A stretch of 64,000 nt of DNA from the NCBI GenBank assembly GCA_032128875.1, contig JAVLKG010000003.1, positions 353,008 to 417,007 of the forward strand, read 5' to 3'. This document shows positions 36,626 to 47,664 of the stretch, piece after piece. The DNA comes from Candidatus Melainabacteria bacterium 17Bon1m (GTDB taxonomy: Bacteria > Cyanobacteriota > Vampirovibrionia > Obscuribacterales > Obscuribacteraceae). Made by a program: the position numbers and the translations under genes. Each line of letters starts with the position of its first letter. Position 1 is the first letter of the stretch. Under the pieces are notes generated by a model that was not told where the DNA came from, did no database searches, and saw nothing but the letters and a program-made list of their open reading frames with translations.

Positions 36626-37366
36626 GTGAGTCTTTCTTACCTGGGCCACAGCGCAGTAAGGTTCACTGTTTCTGGGGTCAACGTTTATGTCGACCCTTAT
36701 CTCAAGGACCCTATCGACTGGACGAAATTGCCAAAGGGCGATCTCGTCCTTTTCAGTCATGGTCACTTCGATCATGGCGTCCTCATGGCGCTAAAACTTT
36801 ACGAGGCGTGGGGTTGTAAATTCGCAGGACCACGCGTTTTGATGCGCTGGATGGCTCGCAAATACAGAAAGCGTATTCCGCATGAGGCGCTAATCAGCAT
36901 CGACCATCACGAAACAATAACCTTCAACTCGCTCAATGTCCGCGCGATACCTGCGCACCATCCTGTCAACCGACTGGGCAAGACTATTCTCCATTTGCAT
37001 GGTCGCACTCGGGCGCCGGGAAAGCCTGTCAATGGCTACTATTTCGAGGGCTTCTATCACGCTGGCGATACCATTTATACGCAAACTATTCGTGACAGCC
37101 TCAAGGGTTTTCCAGTGCATACCGCTTGTCTGCCCATCGGCGGAAAGTATGGAGTAGCCTCACCGGACGAGGCTTTAAAAATTGCCGAGGAAATTGGAGC
37201 CAAACGTGTAATTCCGCTTCACTTCCAGGCGCTGGTTGAGCGCGTTCCATTTCGTTACCAATCGTCAGATTTGGTCAAGCATGCAAAATCAACCGGTACA
37301 TCCATTGAAATTTGCCCACTGGCCATAGGCGAGGTTCTGGAAATCACGGCCAAAGCATCCCGCTAG
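36626..37366 (+). CDS. Metallo-beta-lactamase fold hydrolase (UPF0173/UlaG-like)
   Basis: YLGHS, VDPY, SHGHFDH, PAHH, YHAGDT, LPIGG, IPLH. Confidence 0.9.
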   Translation: MSLSYLGHSAVRFTVSGVNVYVDPYLKDPIDWTKLPKGDLVLFSHGHFDHGVLMALKLYEAWGCKFAGPRVLMRWMARKYRKRIPHEALISIDHHETITFNSLNVRAIPAHHPVNRLGKTILHLHGRTRAPGKPVNGYYFEGFYHAGDTIYTQTIRDSLKGFPVHTACLPIGGKYGVASPDEALKIAEEIGAKRVIPLHFQALVERVPFRYQSSDLVKHAKSTGTSIEICPLAIGEVLEITAKASR

Positions 37367-37472
37367 ATGACATAAGTCACTTCCCTAAAAGATTCGGGCG
37401 GCAAGCCAATCGGCTATAAACTAAAACTCTGGGTACAAACAATTTTAGGTATGACTTAACGGTCTGATAAAG

Positions 37473-40217
37473 TTGGCTGAAGAAAATTCGAGTACAGACG
37501 CCAAGACCATTCGCTTGATGAAGTATCCCAGGCCTCCTGCGGAAGCTCAAATCGAGGAATTGCTTACGACTGCGCGCAATAATTTGCGCGTTACTGTTGA
37601 GATGCCGTTCAACGAATCTCAAGAGCCTTACATGCTCAGCAGCTTTGTCGAGTCTGCCAAGTCTGAGTGTTTTTGGATGTTCTACCGGGGCGTCGGACCT
37701 GATTCTTCGCTGCTATGGAACATGATGACCGATGATCCTGGTTTGATTCACCATTTGATGACATCGCAGTTCCCCGCCTTGGAAACTGGGTTTTCGAGTA
37801 TTCCGCGCTCGAAAGAAGTGGCGCGTGCGGTTGCCAATTACAAAGACGTGAAGGACGCACAACTGCCGGCAGACTCCGAATTCGAAATGACTGATTCGCC
37901 AAACCATCCGGTTTATTCGGCTGCGCAAAACTTTCCGAAGAGCACCAAGCCTGAGCACGATTTGCTGACTTTGCCTGACGAGCCGGCCAAAGCCAAGAAT
38001 GGTCCGGCGTCAAACGAAGCGCCTATGACCTCCGCTCCAATTCCCGGTGCGCCGCCTCCGGTACTGCCTGTTTTTCCTCACAACCCGTCCATGCCGAATT
38101 CCAGCTCTGGCACTGGTTCTGCTTCCAATCAAGTAGCCCAATCACCTATGGCTCCTGTGTTTCAACAGCCTGCCGTTCCGTTTGCACAAGCGCCGGGAAT
38201 GGCTTCAGCTGTCGATGTTGCGCAGGCGGCCGCTCATGCCGCTGCGCAAGCGGCCATTAATGCCGCCGTACAAGCTGCGGCCCAAGCCGCCGCCCAGGCT
38301 GCTGCGCAAGCGGCGATGGCGCATCAGCCTGTTGCACCAATGACTTCGCAACCGGCAGTTGCAACCGCTCAGCAGCCTGTTTCAGATCTACCTGTGACGC
38401 CGGCTGCCACAGTCACGCCGGCAGCAGATGCTGCTCAGTCTTCATCTTCGGCCGCCGGGCAGCCGGCTTTTTCTGCGCCCGCGGCTCAGACCAATACAGC
38501 CGAAGCGCCGTTGGTTCCGCAGATTCCTCAGATTTTGCAGCCACCACCGCAGCAGCCTGCGCAGCAGCCGCCCTTGCCCTTTGCGGCACCTGGCGCCAAT
38601 CCCAATCGCCAGAATTTGGAACCGCCGCCTGGTTATACCCCTCTGAATCTGGCACAGGGAGCGCCTCTTGCGCATACGCCTCAGATACCGCTTTCGCAAG
38701 TTGTTCCTCTGTCTCCTCAGCCGCCGGGGTCAGTTGCCTCCGAGTCTCCCGACATACCTTCCTTTCTGAAGTCTTCTACCAATCCACCAACACCAACCTC
38801 CACTGCCGAAGCAACGCCGGGACCAGCTAATGCCGACGCATCGCCAGCAGCAAAGACTGCCGATGCAGCGTCAGGAGCGCAGACTACAGAGGCAACGCCA
38901 GGAACTGCCGCATCCAGTGCTCCGAAGACTGCTTCTCGGGGTACCGCGGATAAGACATTGAAATTAGAAGCAAATGCGCACACTGCGCCCGGTCGCGGCT
39001 GGCTCAAGGATGATAAAGGCACGAGCATGGTCGTCGAGCCTGTTTTAGATTCCGACTCTCCTTTTGTACAGCCGAAAAAATCGCCGCGTCAGACAAGCCA
39101 GAAGATGAAAGCTCGTCCGATGTTGGAAGGCGACCTCACCAACTTGCAGATGCCCACGCTCTTGCAGTCGATAAACATGGGCAAAATGACCGGTCGTCTT
39201 GACTTGCAGTCAGGCGGAGAGCTGGCGGTGATCTACTTCAAGGAAGGGGTGCCGGTGCATTGTCAGTTGCGAAACTCCGAAGGCGAGAACGCCATCATCG
39301 AGGCAATAGGCTGGGATGAAGGCGAATTCAAATTCTTTATGGAATCACCGCATCACAGAGAAACCATCAAAAAGCGTCTTGACCACTTGCTTATGGAAGG
39401 TGCAGCGCTTATTGACCAAAGCAAATTCCTCAAAGAGATTGGCGTCAATCTTGATTCGTACTTGGTTCGCAACCACGCAGATATCACAGAACAATTGTTC
39501 GAAGAGATGGTGGCTCGCGGCGCTGCTGCCGAGATGAATTTGCAAAAGATGCTCTATCAGTTGATTGACAACGAGAGCACGCTTGAAGACTTGCTGCGCT
39601 TGCGGCCGATGCCCAAGCCGCGCTGGGTGCCGGTTATATTCAATCTTGTCACGTGCAGTCTGGTTTCATTTTCCGATCGTCCGTTGCACGAGGGCGGCGA
39701 AGAAGCCGTAACGGAAGACATTGACTGGCCGGCTATTCAGGCTTTTGAAGACTCGATAAAAATTGCAGAAACAGGTTTTCTCACATATCCGGCATTTGTC
39801 TATCACCTCGAGCGTGAATACGAGCGCTTCGAACGTTTCCAACACCCATTCACTTTGATCATTCTTGAAGTGTCGATCAAGGAAGAATTATCGGAAACCA
39901 AAGATCCGAAGGTGCTTCAGGACAGGGCGGTCCTCGGACAATTGTCGACAAGAATTGAAAAGCTCAAGAGAAAAACCGATATAGCCGGGCATTTTGGTGA
40001 GAATCAATTTGCATTGCTCTTGCTGGAAACGGAAGGGGAGGCTGGGCGCAATTTTGCCAGCCGTTTGGCTGAGGCCATTGCAATGAATCCATTCACGACA
40101 GACCGTGTGGAAGTTGTGCGCCTGACCGTCAGCCTTGGTGTCGCCTCCGTGCCCGAGACTTGCAGAGATTTGGGACGATTGATTTCCCTTGCTCGTCCGC
40201 ACAATTCTCAAAAATAG
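37473..40217 (+). CDS. DUF4388 (PatA-N-like) domain protein with Pro/Ala/Gln-rich linker and degenerate GGDEF-like C-terminal domain
   Basis: LEGDL...LPTLLQ-like, TGRL, IYFKEG, WDEGEF, LLMEG; C-terminal RKTDIAGHFGENQFALLL, LTVSLGVA. Confidence 0.75.
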   Translation: MAEENSSTDAKTIRLMKYPRPPAEAQIEELLTTARNNLRVTVEMPFNESQEPYMLSSFVESAKSECFWMFYRGVGPDSSLLWNMMTDDPGLIHHLMTSQFPALETGFSSIPRSKEVARAVANYKDVKDAQLPADSEFEMTDSPNHPVYSAAQNFPKSTKPEHDLLTLPDEPAKAKNGPASNEAPMTSAPIPGAPPPVLPVFPHNPSMPNSSSGTGSASNQVAQSPMAPVFQQPAVPFAQAPGMASAVDVAQAAAHAAAQAAINAAVQAAAQAAAQAAAQAAMAHQPVAPMTSQPAVATAQQPVSDLPVTPAATVTPAADAAQSSSSAAGQPAFSAPAAQTNTAEAPLVPQIPQILQPPPQQPAQQPPLPFAAPGANPNRQNLEPPPGYTPLNLAQGAPLAHTPQIPLSQVVPLSPQPPGSVASESPDIPSFLKSSTNPPTPTSTAEATPGPANADASPAAKTADAASGAQTTEATPGTAASSAPKTASRGTADKTLKLEANAHTAPGRGWLKDDKGTSMVVEPVLDSDSPFVQPKKSPRQTSQKMKARPMLEGDLTNLQMPTLLQSINMGKMTGRLDLQSGGELAVIYFKEGVPVHCQLRNSEGENAIIEAIGWDEGEFKFFMESPHHRETIKKRLDHLLMEGAALIDQSKFLKEIGVNLDSYLVRNHADITEQLFEEMVARGAAAEMNLQKMLYQLIDNESTLEDLLRLRPMPKPRWVPVIFNLVTCSLVSFSDRPLHEGGEEAVTEDIDWPAIQAFEDSIKIAETGFLTYPAFVYHLEREYERFERFQHPFTLIILEVSIKEELSETKDPKVLQDRAVLGQLSTRIEKLKRKTDIAGHFGENQFALLLLETEGEAGRNFASRLAEAIAMNPFTTDRVEVVRLTVSLGVASVPETCRDLGRLISLARPHNSQK

Positions 40218-40570
40218 TCGTTCCGATTTTTCGGATTTCAGTTGATTCTTCTATTTAGGTGGTAAATAAGAGCTAACGGCCAGGTCGGTGGGAATTTCAT
40301 TTTCAGCGACGAATGTCTGCGATAGCGCATGACAAGCCGGGCTTGACAGGAGGATGAATTGGTTAGGGCGCGGCTTTTATAAAGCTTTGTATAGGTTTTT
40401 TAATCTGCTTACTAATATGCGGCCATCATTAGAGCAAGGCCCATAAGCATTTTTGGAGTTCGCGGCGCGCGATTGAGGAAACGGCGGATTGAACTGCCCG
40501 TTTCACGGGGCGCAGCAAAGTATAATTCCGGGGGGAAACTCCATCTAAAGGAGTAAAGGGAGTTTAAAAG

Positions 40571-42541
40571 ATGGGAAAAGCAGTAGGCATCGACTTGGGA
40601 ACGACCAACTCTTGTGTTGCCGTTATGGAAGGTGGTCAACCGGCAGTGGTTTCCAACTCTGAGGGCGGTAGAACGACGCCTTCGGTAGTAGCCTTTACCA
40701 AGTCCGGTGAACGGCTTGTCGGGCAGTTGGCAAGACGCCAAGCGGTTCTTAACCCAGAAAACACCGTTTATTCGATCAAGAGATTTGTCGGACGTCGCTT
40801 CTCGGAAGTGCAGTCTGAGCAAAAGATTGTGTCCTATAAAGTCAAAGAAGGCGCCGACGGCGGTTGCAAAGTCGCTATCCAAGGCAAAGATTATTCGCCG
40901 GAAGAAATCTCCGCGATGATTCTTCGCAAATTGAAGGAAGACGCCGAGAAGTATTTGGGCGAAAAGGTCACGTCAGCAGTAATCACTGTTCCTGCTTATT
41001 TCAACGACTCGCAGCGCCAGTCCACTAAAAACGCCGGGACAATCGCCGGTTTGGACGTTCTTCGTATCATCAACGAGCCGACTGCAGCAGCGCTTGCATA
41101 CGGTCTCGATAAGAAAGACAACGAAATCATCCTTGTATTCGACTTGGGCGGCGGTACTTTCGACGTATCCATCCTCGAAGTAGGCGACGGTGTATTCGAA
41201 GTTAAGTCCACCTCGGGCGACACGCACCTTGGCGGGGATGACTTCGACCACCAGGTAGTCACCTGGGTTGCCGATGAATTCATGAACCTGGAAGGCATCG
41301 ACCTGCGCAAAGACAGACAAGCTCTGCAAAGACTTACTGAAGCTGCGGAAAAAGCGAAGATCGAACTTTCGTCCGTAACCGAAACCAACATCTCGCTGCC
41401 GTTCATCACTGCGGATGCAACCGGTCCGAAGCACTTGGAGATCAAGTTGACCCGCGCTCGTTTCAACGAGCTCACTCGCAGTTTGGTTGAGCGTTGCCGC
41501 AATCCTATGGAGCAGGCATTGAAAGATGCCAAACTCGGCTACGAACAATTGGACGAAGTTGTACTGGTAGGTGGTTCAACCAGAATTCCTGCGGTACAAG
41601 AACTCGTCAAACAGGTTACAGGCGGCAAAGAGCCCAACCAATCCGTAAACCCGGACGAAGTTGTGGCTGTAGGAGCTGCCATTCAAGCAGGCGTATTGGG
41701 CGGCGAAGTCAAAGGGGTCGTGCTCCTCGACGTTACTCCGCTGTCTCTCGGTATCGAGACTATGGGTGGTGTGTTCACCAAGTTGGTTGATCGCAACACC
41801 ACAATTCCGACAAGAAAAGCGGAAGTATTCTCGACTGCAGACGACAACCAGACCGCCGTCGATATCTATGTATTCCAGGGCGAACGTCCAATGGCTCGCG
41901 ACAACAAGCTCTTGGGCAACTTCCGTCTCGACGGTATTCCGCCGGCATCCAGAGGCACGCCGAAAGTTGAAGTAACTTTCGACATCGACGCCAACGGCAT
42001 CATGAACGTCACAGCACGTGACCAAATGACCGGCAAAGAACAGAAGATTACGATTACCGCTTCGACCAACATGTCCAAAGAGGACATCGAAAGAGCGATG
42101 CGCGATGCCGAAAATTACTCGGCAGACGACCGCAAGCGCAAGGAAGAAGCAGATGTCCGCAACGAAGCAGACAGCATCTGCTACGCAGTCGAAAGACAGG
42201 TGCGCGACCTTGGCGACAAGGTATCGTCCGGGGAAAAGGCAAGAGCAGAAATGTTGGTTGCCGACCTCAGGCAGAAGCTCAAAGACGATGCAGACCTCGA
42301 GTCCGTCAAGCAAATCATGAACGAACTCAGAGGCGCTCTCGTTCTCTTGCAACAAGCAGCTGCGCGTGGCGGCGGTGATGAAGGCGGCGGCGGAATGGAA
42401 GACTATACGACCGGCGGCGGTGCTGATGGTGGCGCCGGCGGTGGCTACGATTACGGTAATGGCGGAGACGGCGGCAACGCAGGCTACAGCCAGCCCGGTG
42501 AAGACGTAGTGGATGCTGAATTCAGAGCATCCGACGACTAG
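40571..42541 (+). CDS. dnaK: Chaperone DnaK (Hsp70)
   Basis: [48 protein letters not shown]. Confidence 0.98.
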   Translation: MGKAVGIDLGTTNSCVAVMEGGQPAVVSNSEGGRTTPSVVAFTKSGERLVGQLARRQAVLNPENTVYSIKRFVGRRFSEVQSEQKIVSYKVKEGADGGCKVAIQGKDYSPEEISAMILRKLKEDAEKYLGEKVTSAVITVPAYFNDSQRQSTKNAGTIAGLDVLRIINEPTAAALAYGLDKKDNEIILVFDLGGGTFDVSILEVGDGVFEVKSTSGDTHLGGDDFDHQVVTWVADEFMNLEGIDLRKDRQALQRLTEAAEKAKIELSSVTETNISLPFITADATGPKHLEIKLTRARFNELTRSLVERCRNPMEQALKDAKLGYEQLDEVVLVGGSTRIPAVQELVKQVTGGKEPNQSVNPDEVVAVGAAIQAGVLGGEVKGVVLLDVTPLSLGIETMGGVFTKLVDRNTTIPTRKAEVFSTADDNQTAVDIYVFQGERPMARDNKLLGNFRLDGIPPASRGTPKVEVTFDIDANGIMNVTARDQMTGKEQKITITASTNMSKEDIERAMRDAENYSADDRKRKEEADVRNEADSICYAVERQVRDLGDKVSSGEKARAEMLVADLRQKLKDDADLESVKQIMNELRGALVLLQQAAARGGGDEGGGGMEDYTTGGGADGGAGGGYDYGNGGDGGNAGYSQPGEDVVDAEFRASDD

Positions 42542-42561
42542 ATCTTCTGATCGTTAGGTTT

Positions 42562-42596
42562 GTGAGGGCGGCGCTATGCGTCGCCCTTGCCTTTTT
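42562..42596 (+). terminator. REP-like hairpin acting as dnaK terminator
   Basis: AGGGCGGCGC-TAT-GCGTCGCCCT followed by a T tract. Confidence 0.65.
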
Positions 42597-42743
42597 AAGA
42601 AAGCGCTGAGGTTCGGAACAAAAATTTCGATGGTGATGTCTATTGACAAATAGGCGGATTAGGTTTTTTGTGTAAGGTATATATTGCAATCGCAGATTGC
42701 TTCGTGACCTCGGTCGTAACTTCGTTTTGGTGAGTTTGAGGCA

Positions 42744-43739
42744 ATGAAAAAGGCAAATCAGTCGCTCAGGCAGCTCATTTCTAGGTCGCTTTCGCTGGGA
42801 CTCTGTCTTGGTGTTTCGCTTAGTCTTTGTAGTGCGGCTTTTGCACAGGTGGGTCCCGGCGATGGCAGTCCAAATAATGCCGAGCTGGAGAAGCTGGAGA
42901 ATAAGATGTTCTCCCGTCTCTATCCCAATGACCCTCCCGAAAAAAGAGTAGAAAGACTCGAGCTCTTAGTTTTCGGAGCCACACAGGCAGGCGATCTCGA
43001 TGACCGTTGGGCGAGGATCAGTAAAGCAGTAAAAGACAGGCAAAATCCCGAATCAACGGTCGTGCAGCCGAAATCCGGTGATTCTCCCGGCAAGCCGAGC
43101 GCTAGTGCAGCGCCCTTGAAAGGTAACTACCCTGCAGTAGATTCACTCGAGTGGCGTGTTTTGAAAAAGACTTTTAAGGCAGAGCCTATCAGTGAGAGGC
43201 TTTCCAGGCTGGAGACGAAATTGCTTGGGCAGGCCAGCCCCGGGATGGCGCTCTTTGACAGAGTCGAGCGCTTGAAGAAAATCGGCGCATCAGTCGCTGC
43301 AGGCAGTCAGCCAGCCAATCCAGGGACAGCGTTAGTGCCACCGGGGATGCTCGGACCAATGCCAAAAGCTTATCCGCGTGGAAATCCCTTTTCTTTTGCT
43401 GACCCATCAGACCCGTCCATGCCCGGCCCGTTTTCGATGCAGCCGTTTCCCATGCAGCCTTTCGCCGGAACCGAAGACCTGTCTTCCATCAATCGCCTGA
43501 TGTCTGAAATGTTCTCTCAAATGAATCGCCAGATGCGTGACTTGAAGAGCATGCCGCCCGGTGTCTATCAATACAAGATAGAACCAGGCGCTCCCGGCTC
43601 TATGGGTATTACTCCTTTTAAGATTCAGCCCGGCAAACCCGGACAGGGCGGTCAAATTAGCCCATTCCAGCCCTTGGCGCCTAAGAAGCCGGCCGTTCAA
43701 GACAGCTTGCCACCTTACGCCGATCCGAATTCCATCTAA
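42744..43739 (+). CDS. Exported hypothetical protein with repeated LE..(V/M)F/L...R(V/L)ERLE helical units and Pro-rich tail
   Basis: Signal peptide (AAFA|Q); internal repeats KRVERLE, ERLSRLE, DRVERLK. Confidence 0.75.
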   Translation: MKKANQSLRQLISRSLSLGLCLGVSLSLCSAAFAQVGPGDGSPNNAELEKLENKMFSRLYPNDPPEKRVERLELLVFGATQAGDLDDRWARISKAVKDRQNPESTVVQPKSGDSPGKPSASAAPLKGNYPAVDSLEWRVLKKTFKAEPISERLSRLETKLLGQASPGMALFDRVERLKKIGASVAAGSQPANPGTALVPPGMLGPMPKAYPRGNPFSFADPSDPSMPGPFSMQPFPMQPFAGTEDLSSINRLMSEMFSQMNRQMRDLKSMPPGVYQYKIEPGAPGSMGITPFKIQPGKPGQGGQISPFQPLAPKKPAVQDSLPPYADPNSI

Positions 43740-43831
43740 GTTACACTCTGCTTGACATTAACCGTCTCTAGCTTGTTTGCCTTGATTATTCACTAAAATA
43801 GTCAAGTGCTATTGGTCGGGAGAGGTAAATT

Positions 43832-45028
43832 TTGCCCGCGACAGTCGAGACGGTAAAGACGCCTGAAATAAAACCAGGCGGACCATCTACCGGTTCAGCG
43901 AATGAGAGATCGAGCAAACGCAGGGGTGTTGTAACCCGTGTGCTATGGTCGCTCGCCCTTTTCGGCGCCATAAATGCGGGACTTTGGACCTTTGTCGGCG
44001 ATGGTAAGAAAAGTTCTAGCGACGCCAACTGTTGGAATAGCGGCGCGTCAGTAGAAGAAACGATCAGAGGCTTTGAAGCACTGAAGGAAAAGCCGGATGT
44101 TATCCTGCTTGGCTCTTCACTCGTGATGTTTCCCTTCTGGGCAATGGATGCTGCTGAGAAGAAAAACATCGACGACATCTTTCATTATCACGGTTCTGAG
44201 GCTTTGAAAAAACAACTCAAAGCAGCAGGATGTGGACAGGAAAACATTTATAGCCTGGCAGTGTTCGGGCAAATGGCTTCTGATGCCTATTTGATGACGA
44301 GCGAGTTCGTTAAAGGCGATAAAACTCCGAAGGTCATCATATACGGTATCGCACCAAGAGACTTCCACGACCACAGTCTGTCATCTCCGATGGCGACTTT
44401 CTCGTTTCAGAAGATCGTCAACCTCTCCAATTTCCCAAATTACGCAAGTGCGTTTTTGCCAGACTTTGAGAAGAAGGCAGATTGGCTTGCCATGCACCTT
44501 TGCTATTTCTATGGCAAGAGATGGCGCCTGCAAATGGAAACAGATAAAGCAATCAACAAAGTTTATTCAACCCTCGGAATTGCAAATCCTCTCGATTCGA
44601 CTGCCACCAAATCTGATACCGCAACGCAAGGTGGCGGATTCAACTTGGAAGGTTCGACAGAAGATCGCTGGAACAATAGCGTAAAGGAATACCAAGGCCG
44701 CTACAAGGAAATCACGGAGAAAGACCACTCGTTGCAAATGAGTTTTCTTGCTCGCACGCTGAAAAACTTGCGTGAGCGCGGTGTGAAAATTGTTCTGGTC
44801 AACATGCCTCTGACGAAGAGAAACCTCGAGATTCTCCCGCAAGGATTTTATGCGAGCTACCAAAAAGAAATCGCGAAAGTTGCCGATATGCCAGGCGTGA
44901 AGCTCGTTGATTTGGGCGATAGCAAAGACTTTGACGACAATGACTATTGGGATACGACACACTTGAATCATGTCGGGGGACACAAGTTGTTGAATCACGT
45001 AGTCCCAGCGGTCAAAGAATTACTGTAG
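43832..45028 (+). CDS. Membrane-anchored SGNH-like protein (DltD/DUF1574-like)
   Basis: One TM, LLGSS, LVNMP, DTTHLN..G motifs. Confidence 0.75.
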   Translation: MPATVETVKTPEIKPGGPSTGSANERSSKRRGVVTRVLWSLALFGAINAGLWTFVGDGKKSSSDANCWNSGASVEETIRGFEALKEKPDVILLGSSLVMFPFWAMDAAEKKNIDDIFHYHGSEALKKQLKAAGCGQENIYSLAVFGQMASDAYLMTSEFVKGDKTPKVIIYGIAPRDFHDHSLSSPMATFSFQKIVNLSNFPNYASAFLPDFEKKADWLAMHLCYFYGKRWRLQMETDKAINKVYSTLGIANPLDSTATKSDTATQGGGFNLEGSTEDRWNNSVKEYQGRYKEITEKDHSLQMSFLARTLKNLRERGVKIVLVNMPLTKRNLEILPQGFYASYQKEIAKVADMPGVKLVDLGDSKDFDDNDYWDTTHLNHVGGHKLLNHVVPAVKELL

Positions 45029-45051
45029 GGTCGACGCCATGCGTCGACCGC
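45025..45051 (+). repeat. GTAG-type REP-like palindrome
   Basis: GTAG-GGTCGACGC-CAT-GCGTCGACC. Confidence 0.85.
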
Positions 45052-45063
45052 TTTTATTCTGTT

Positions 45064-45762
45064 CTAGTACGCGCGATATCTAAACATTGCTGGACGAAAG
45101 GCGTTTGTCTTGCGCATGGGCTCGCGTAAGAATACCGAGTCTTTTTTGCGAGAGATAGAAGAAACACCCGAATGATCGAAGACGATCTTGTCGCCATTGT
45201 TGAAGACGATAGTGGTGATGCCTGAAAATTCAATGGCTTGTGCGATCACTTCGCCGCCTCTGTCCAAGCCAAATGTGGAAGTGTCGCCGTCGGGTCCAAA
45301 CTGCCTTGTGATCGGATTTCCTTTGCCGTCTTCCATAATCCAACCAAGTGTCTTGTAGATGATCAGCCTATCTTTGTTCTTCATCTCGAGAATTTCTTGA
45401 TCGGGCAACTGTCTGAGCGTGTCGCCTGTCTTCAATCTCTCTGTGTGTCTTTGAGAATCCTCTTCATCGGATTCTTCTTCCGATTCGATCTTTTCACCGT
45501 CGATAGTCGTTGCTGTCCTTTCGTCGAAAGCAAATGATGCACTTAAGCCAAAGCGCGATTGTCCCGGCATTTGAAAGCTTGTGCGCAGGTTGCGCGGCAT
45601 GCCGCCGCCACCGTAATAACCAAGTCCTCGGGTCGTCGGTATGTACGACGAGCGCAAATTGTCCAGAAAAGCAGCAGACTGTTCTTCTGTGCCAGGCAAT
45701 TGTTCAGTCCCTTCGTTGGAGCTGAATGTCTCGTTAGCGTCGTCTTCTTGCGGGTCAGCCAT
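45064..45762 (-). CDS. Hypothetical protein
   Basis: 232 aa protein-like ORF; AGGT upstream of ATG. Confidence 0.7.
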   Translation of the reverse strand: MADPQEDDANETFSSNEGTEQLPGTEEQSAAFLDNLRSSYIPTTRGLGYYGGGGMPRNLRTSFQMPGQSRFGLSASFAFDERTATTIDGEKIESEEESDEEDSQRHTERLKTGDTLRQLPDQEILEMKNKDRLIIYKTLGWIMEDGKGNPITRQFGPDGDTSTFGLDRGGEVIAQAIEFSGITTIVFNNGDKIVFDHSGVSSISRKKDSVFLREPMRKTNAFRPAMFRYRAY

Positions 45763-45951
45763 GTTTTGACCTGTGCAGTAGAGCTTATCGGTGAAGGAGC
45801 TAATTAAGAGAATTAGCAGTTAGAAACAGGCGTGCGCACGTGCTGTAAATCTCGGCAGCAGTTCTCTTAATATACACCTTATCGCCTTTCGGCGGGCATA
45901 GGACTCTTACACCATAAGGTGAAAGTCGCACCAGTAGCCGTCTTGTAAAGA

Positions 45952-46803
45952 TTATTGCTCTCTCAGGCTGACTGAAAGAATCTTGTCGCCTTTCTGAATT
46001 CTCTGGACGACGTCCAAACCATTGATCACGCCCCCGAATATCGAATACTGGTGATCGAGGCGCGGCTGTGGCTGCAGCGTGATGTAAAATTGGCAGCTGG
46101 CGGAATTGGGATTTTTCGGAAAGCGAGCCATCGCCACGACTCCAGGCGCATTGTGACTGAGCTGAGTGGTGGTTTCGAGTGGCAACATCTTCGGCTTGCC
46201 CGTCTTCGGATCGCTGTAAAGGCCGGAGCCGTCACCATTCGGACAGCCTCCTTGAATGACGAAGCCTGGCTCTACGCGATGGAAAGTCAGTCCGTTATAA
46301 AAACCTGTTTGCACCATCTCCATAAATGCTGCCACCGTCTTTGGTGCCTGTTTGCGGAACAATCTGATCATGATGACGCCTTTCTGTGTTTCTAAAACGC
46401 AGATCGGATCAGGTCTTGTTTCGCTCGATGCTGCCGCGGGCGGTTGTCCGCCTGGGTATACCGGCGGGCGCTGATTGATGGGGAGTCGGGGATGTCCTTG
46501 ATTTGCCGATGCTGGTGGCTGCATTATGCCGGCTTGTGCCGGATTAAATTGAGGCTGCTGCGCGCCACCGCTTCCCTGTCCAGGAGCCGGTGTCTCAGGC
46601 TGTGATGGAGTTGCAGCGGCGGGAGATACGGCAGATGCTGTTGATGTTGCGGCACTGGATGAAGTTTGCGGAGCGCCGGGCGACGGAAAGGTTACATCCG
46701 GCGGAATCATGTCCGGGTTGGTTCTTTCAGCCATGCACGGCAGCCATGCGCAAGCGACCAAGCCGGTCGCGACAGCGGCAGTTAGAAATTTAGCTTTCAA
46801 CAT
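45952..46803 (-). CDS. Cyclophilin-type peptidyl-prolyl isomerase, exported, with Pro-rich linker
   Basis: FYNGLTFHRVEPGFVIQGG, AMAR, SASCQFYI, YSIFG. Confidence 0.93.
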   Translation of the reverse strand: MLKAKFLTAAVATGLVACAWLPCMAERTNPDMIPPDVTFPSPGAPQTSSSAATSTASAVSPAAATPSQPETPAPGQGSGGAQQPQFNPAQAGIMQPPASANQGHPRLPINQRPPVYPGGQPPAAASSETRPDPICVLETQKGVIMIRLFRKQAPKTVAAFMEMVQTGFYNGLTFHRVEPGFVIQGGCPNGDGSGLYSDPKTGKPKMLPLETTTQLSHNAPGVVAMARFPKNPNSASCQFYITLQPQPRLDHQYSIFGGVINGLDVVQRIQKGDKILSVSLREQ

Positions 46804-46885
46804 CCGGTTTATCCTTTTATCCTGCAATGAAAGCGCACAGCTCCGCTTTCCATTCTAAACACTTGTAGCCAAAAAGCGCCTGCAA

Positions 46886-47557
46886 TTACATCTCGAAGTC
46901 TCGGAATACCCTCACTGCAGGATGCAAAGCTAGAAAGGAGGCTGGCAATTGAGATGTTATTTCTCCCGAAAGTGCTTTTGAAAGAGCCGCTTTCTTCTTG
47001 TCACCGCTAGCAATCAGGATAATCTGACGACTGGCGAGAATCGTCTCAATCCCAATTGTTATGGCTCTTGTCGGCACTTTATCTGCTCCGCCGAAAGCGG
47101 CGGCATTAGCTTCCCTCGTCGATTGAGTGAGCCAGTGGCAATGAGTCCAGCTCAGCTGCGGCGTTCCGGGCTCATTAAAGGCGATATGACCGTTTGTTCC
47201 CAACCCCAGAATACACATGTCCAGCCCGCCCTGGTCCGCAATCACTTGGTCGTAATTGTCCTGATTTCTTGGGCTGAAACGGTTTTCAGGCGGCAGATTC
47301 GTATGTTTATAGAGATTTGACTCCAGGAAATAGTGAAACGATTGCTCCTCGTCCACATCCAAGTAGTCATCCAGAGCAAAGCACTTACTTTGCGACCAAT
47401 TCAGCGCCCCCTGCTGGGACCACTCCGAAAGTATCTGATAACACCCTACAGGCGACCGCCCGGTGGGCATCCCGAACCTGCTTTCTGGCTTGATTTTTAG
47501 CTGCCTGGCAATCGCCTCGGCGACATTGAGGCTCATTGCGTCATATAAATTGGACAC
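46886..47557 (-). CDS. nagB: Glucosamine-6-phosphate deaminase
   Basis: GMPTGRSP, LDDY, LGLGTNGHIAFNEP, TREAN, PASFL..H; start GTG 47557. Confidence 0.88.
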   Translation of the reverse strand: MSNLYDAMSLNVAEAIARQLKIKPESRFGMPTGRSPVGCYQILSEWSQQGALNWSQSKCFALDDYLDVDEEQSFHYFLESNLYKHTNLPPENRFSPRNQDNYDQVIADQGGLDMCILGLGTNGHIAFNEPGTPQLSWTHCHWLTQSTREANAAAFGGADKVPTRAITIGIETILASRQIILIASGDKKKAALSKALSGEITSQLPASFLALHPAVRVFRDFEM

Positions 47558-47664
47558 CTTATATCCTGACTTTTGATTGGATTCCTTGCTCTTCAATATT
47601 AGACTGAGAGCAGGAATTTGCTTCTTGTCGTTAAAATAAAACCAGTACTTAAATTTAGAACCAG

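Noticed and set aside
40218-40570. CIRCE heat-shock operator upstream of dnaK
   Set aside because: No TTAGCACTC-N9-GAGTGCTAA match found
40973-42355. Long antisense ORFs within dnaK (and similar ones within adhE and ffh)
   Set aside because: Common antisense shadows of genes with strong codon bias; no independent motifs
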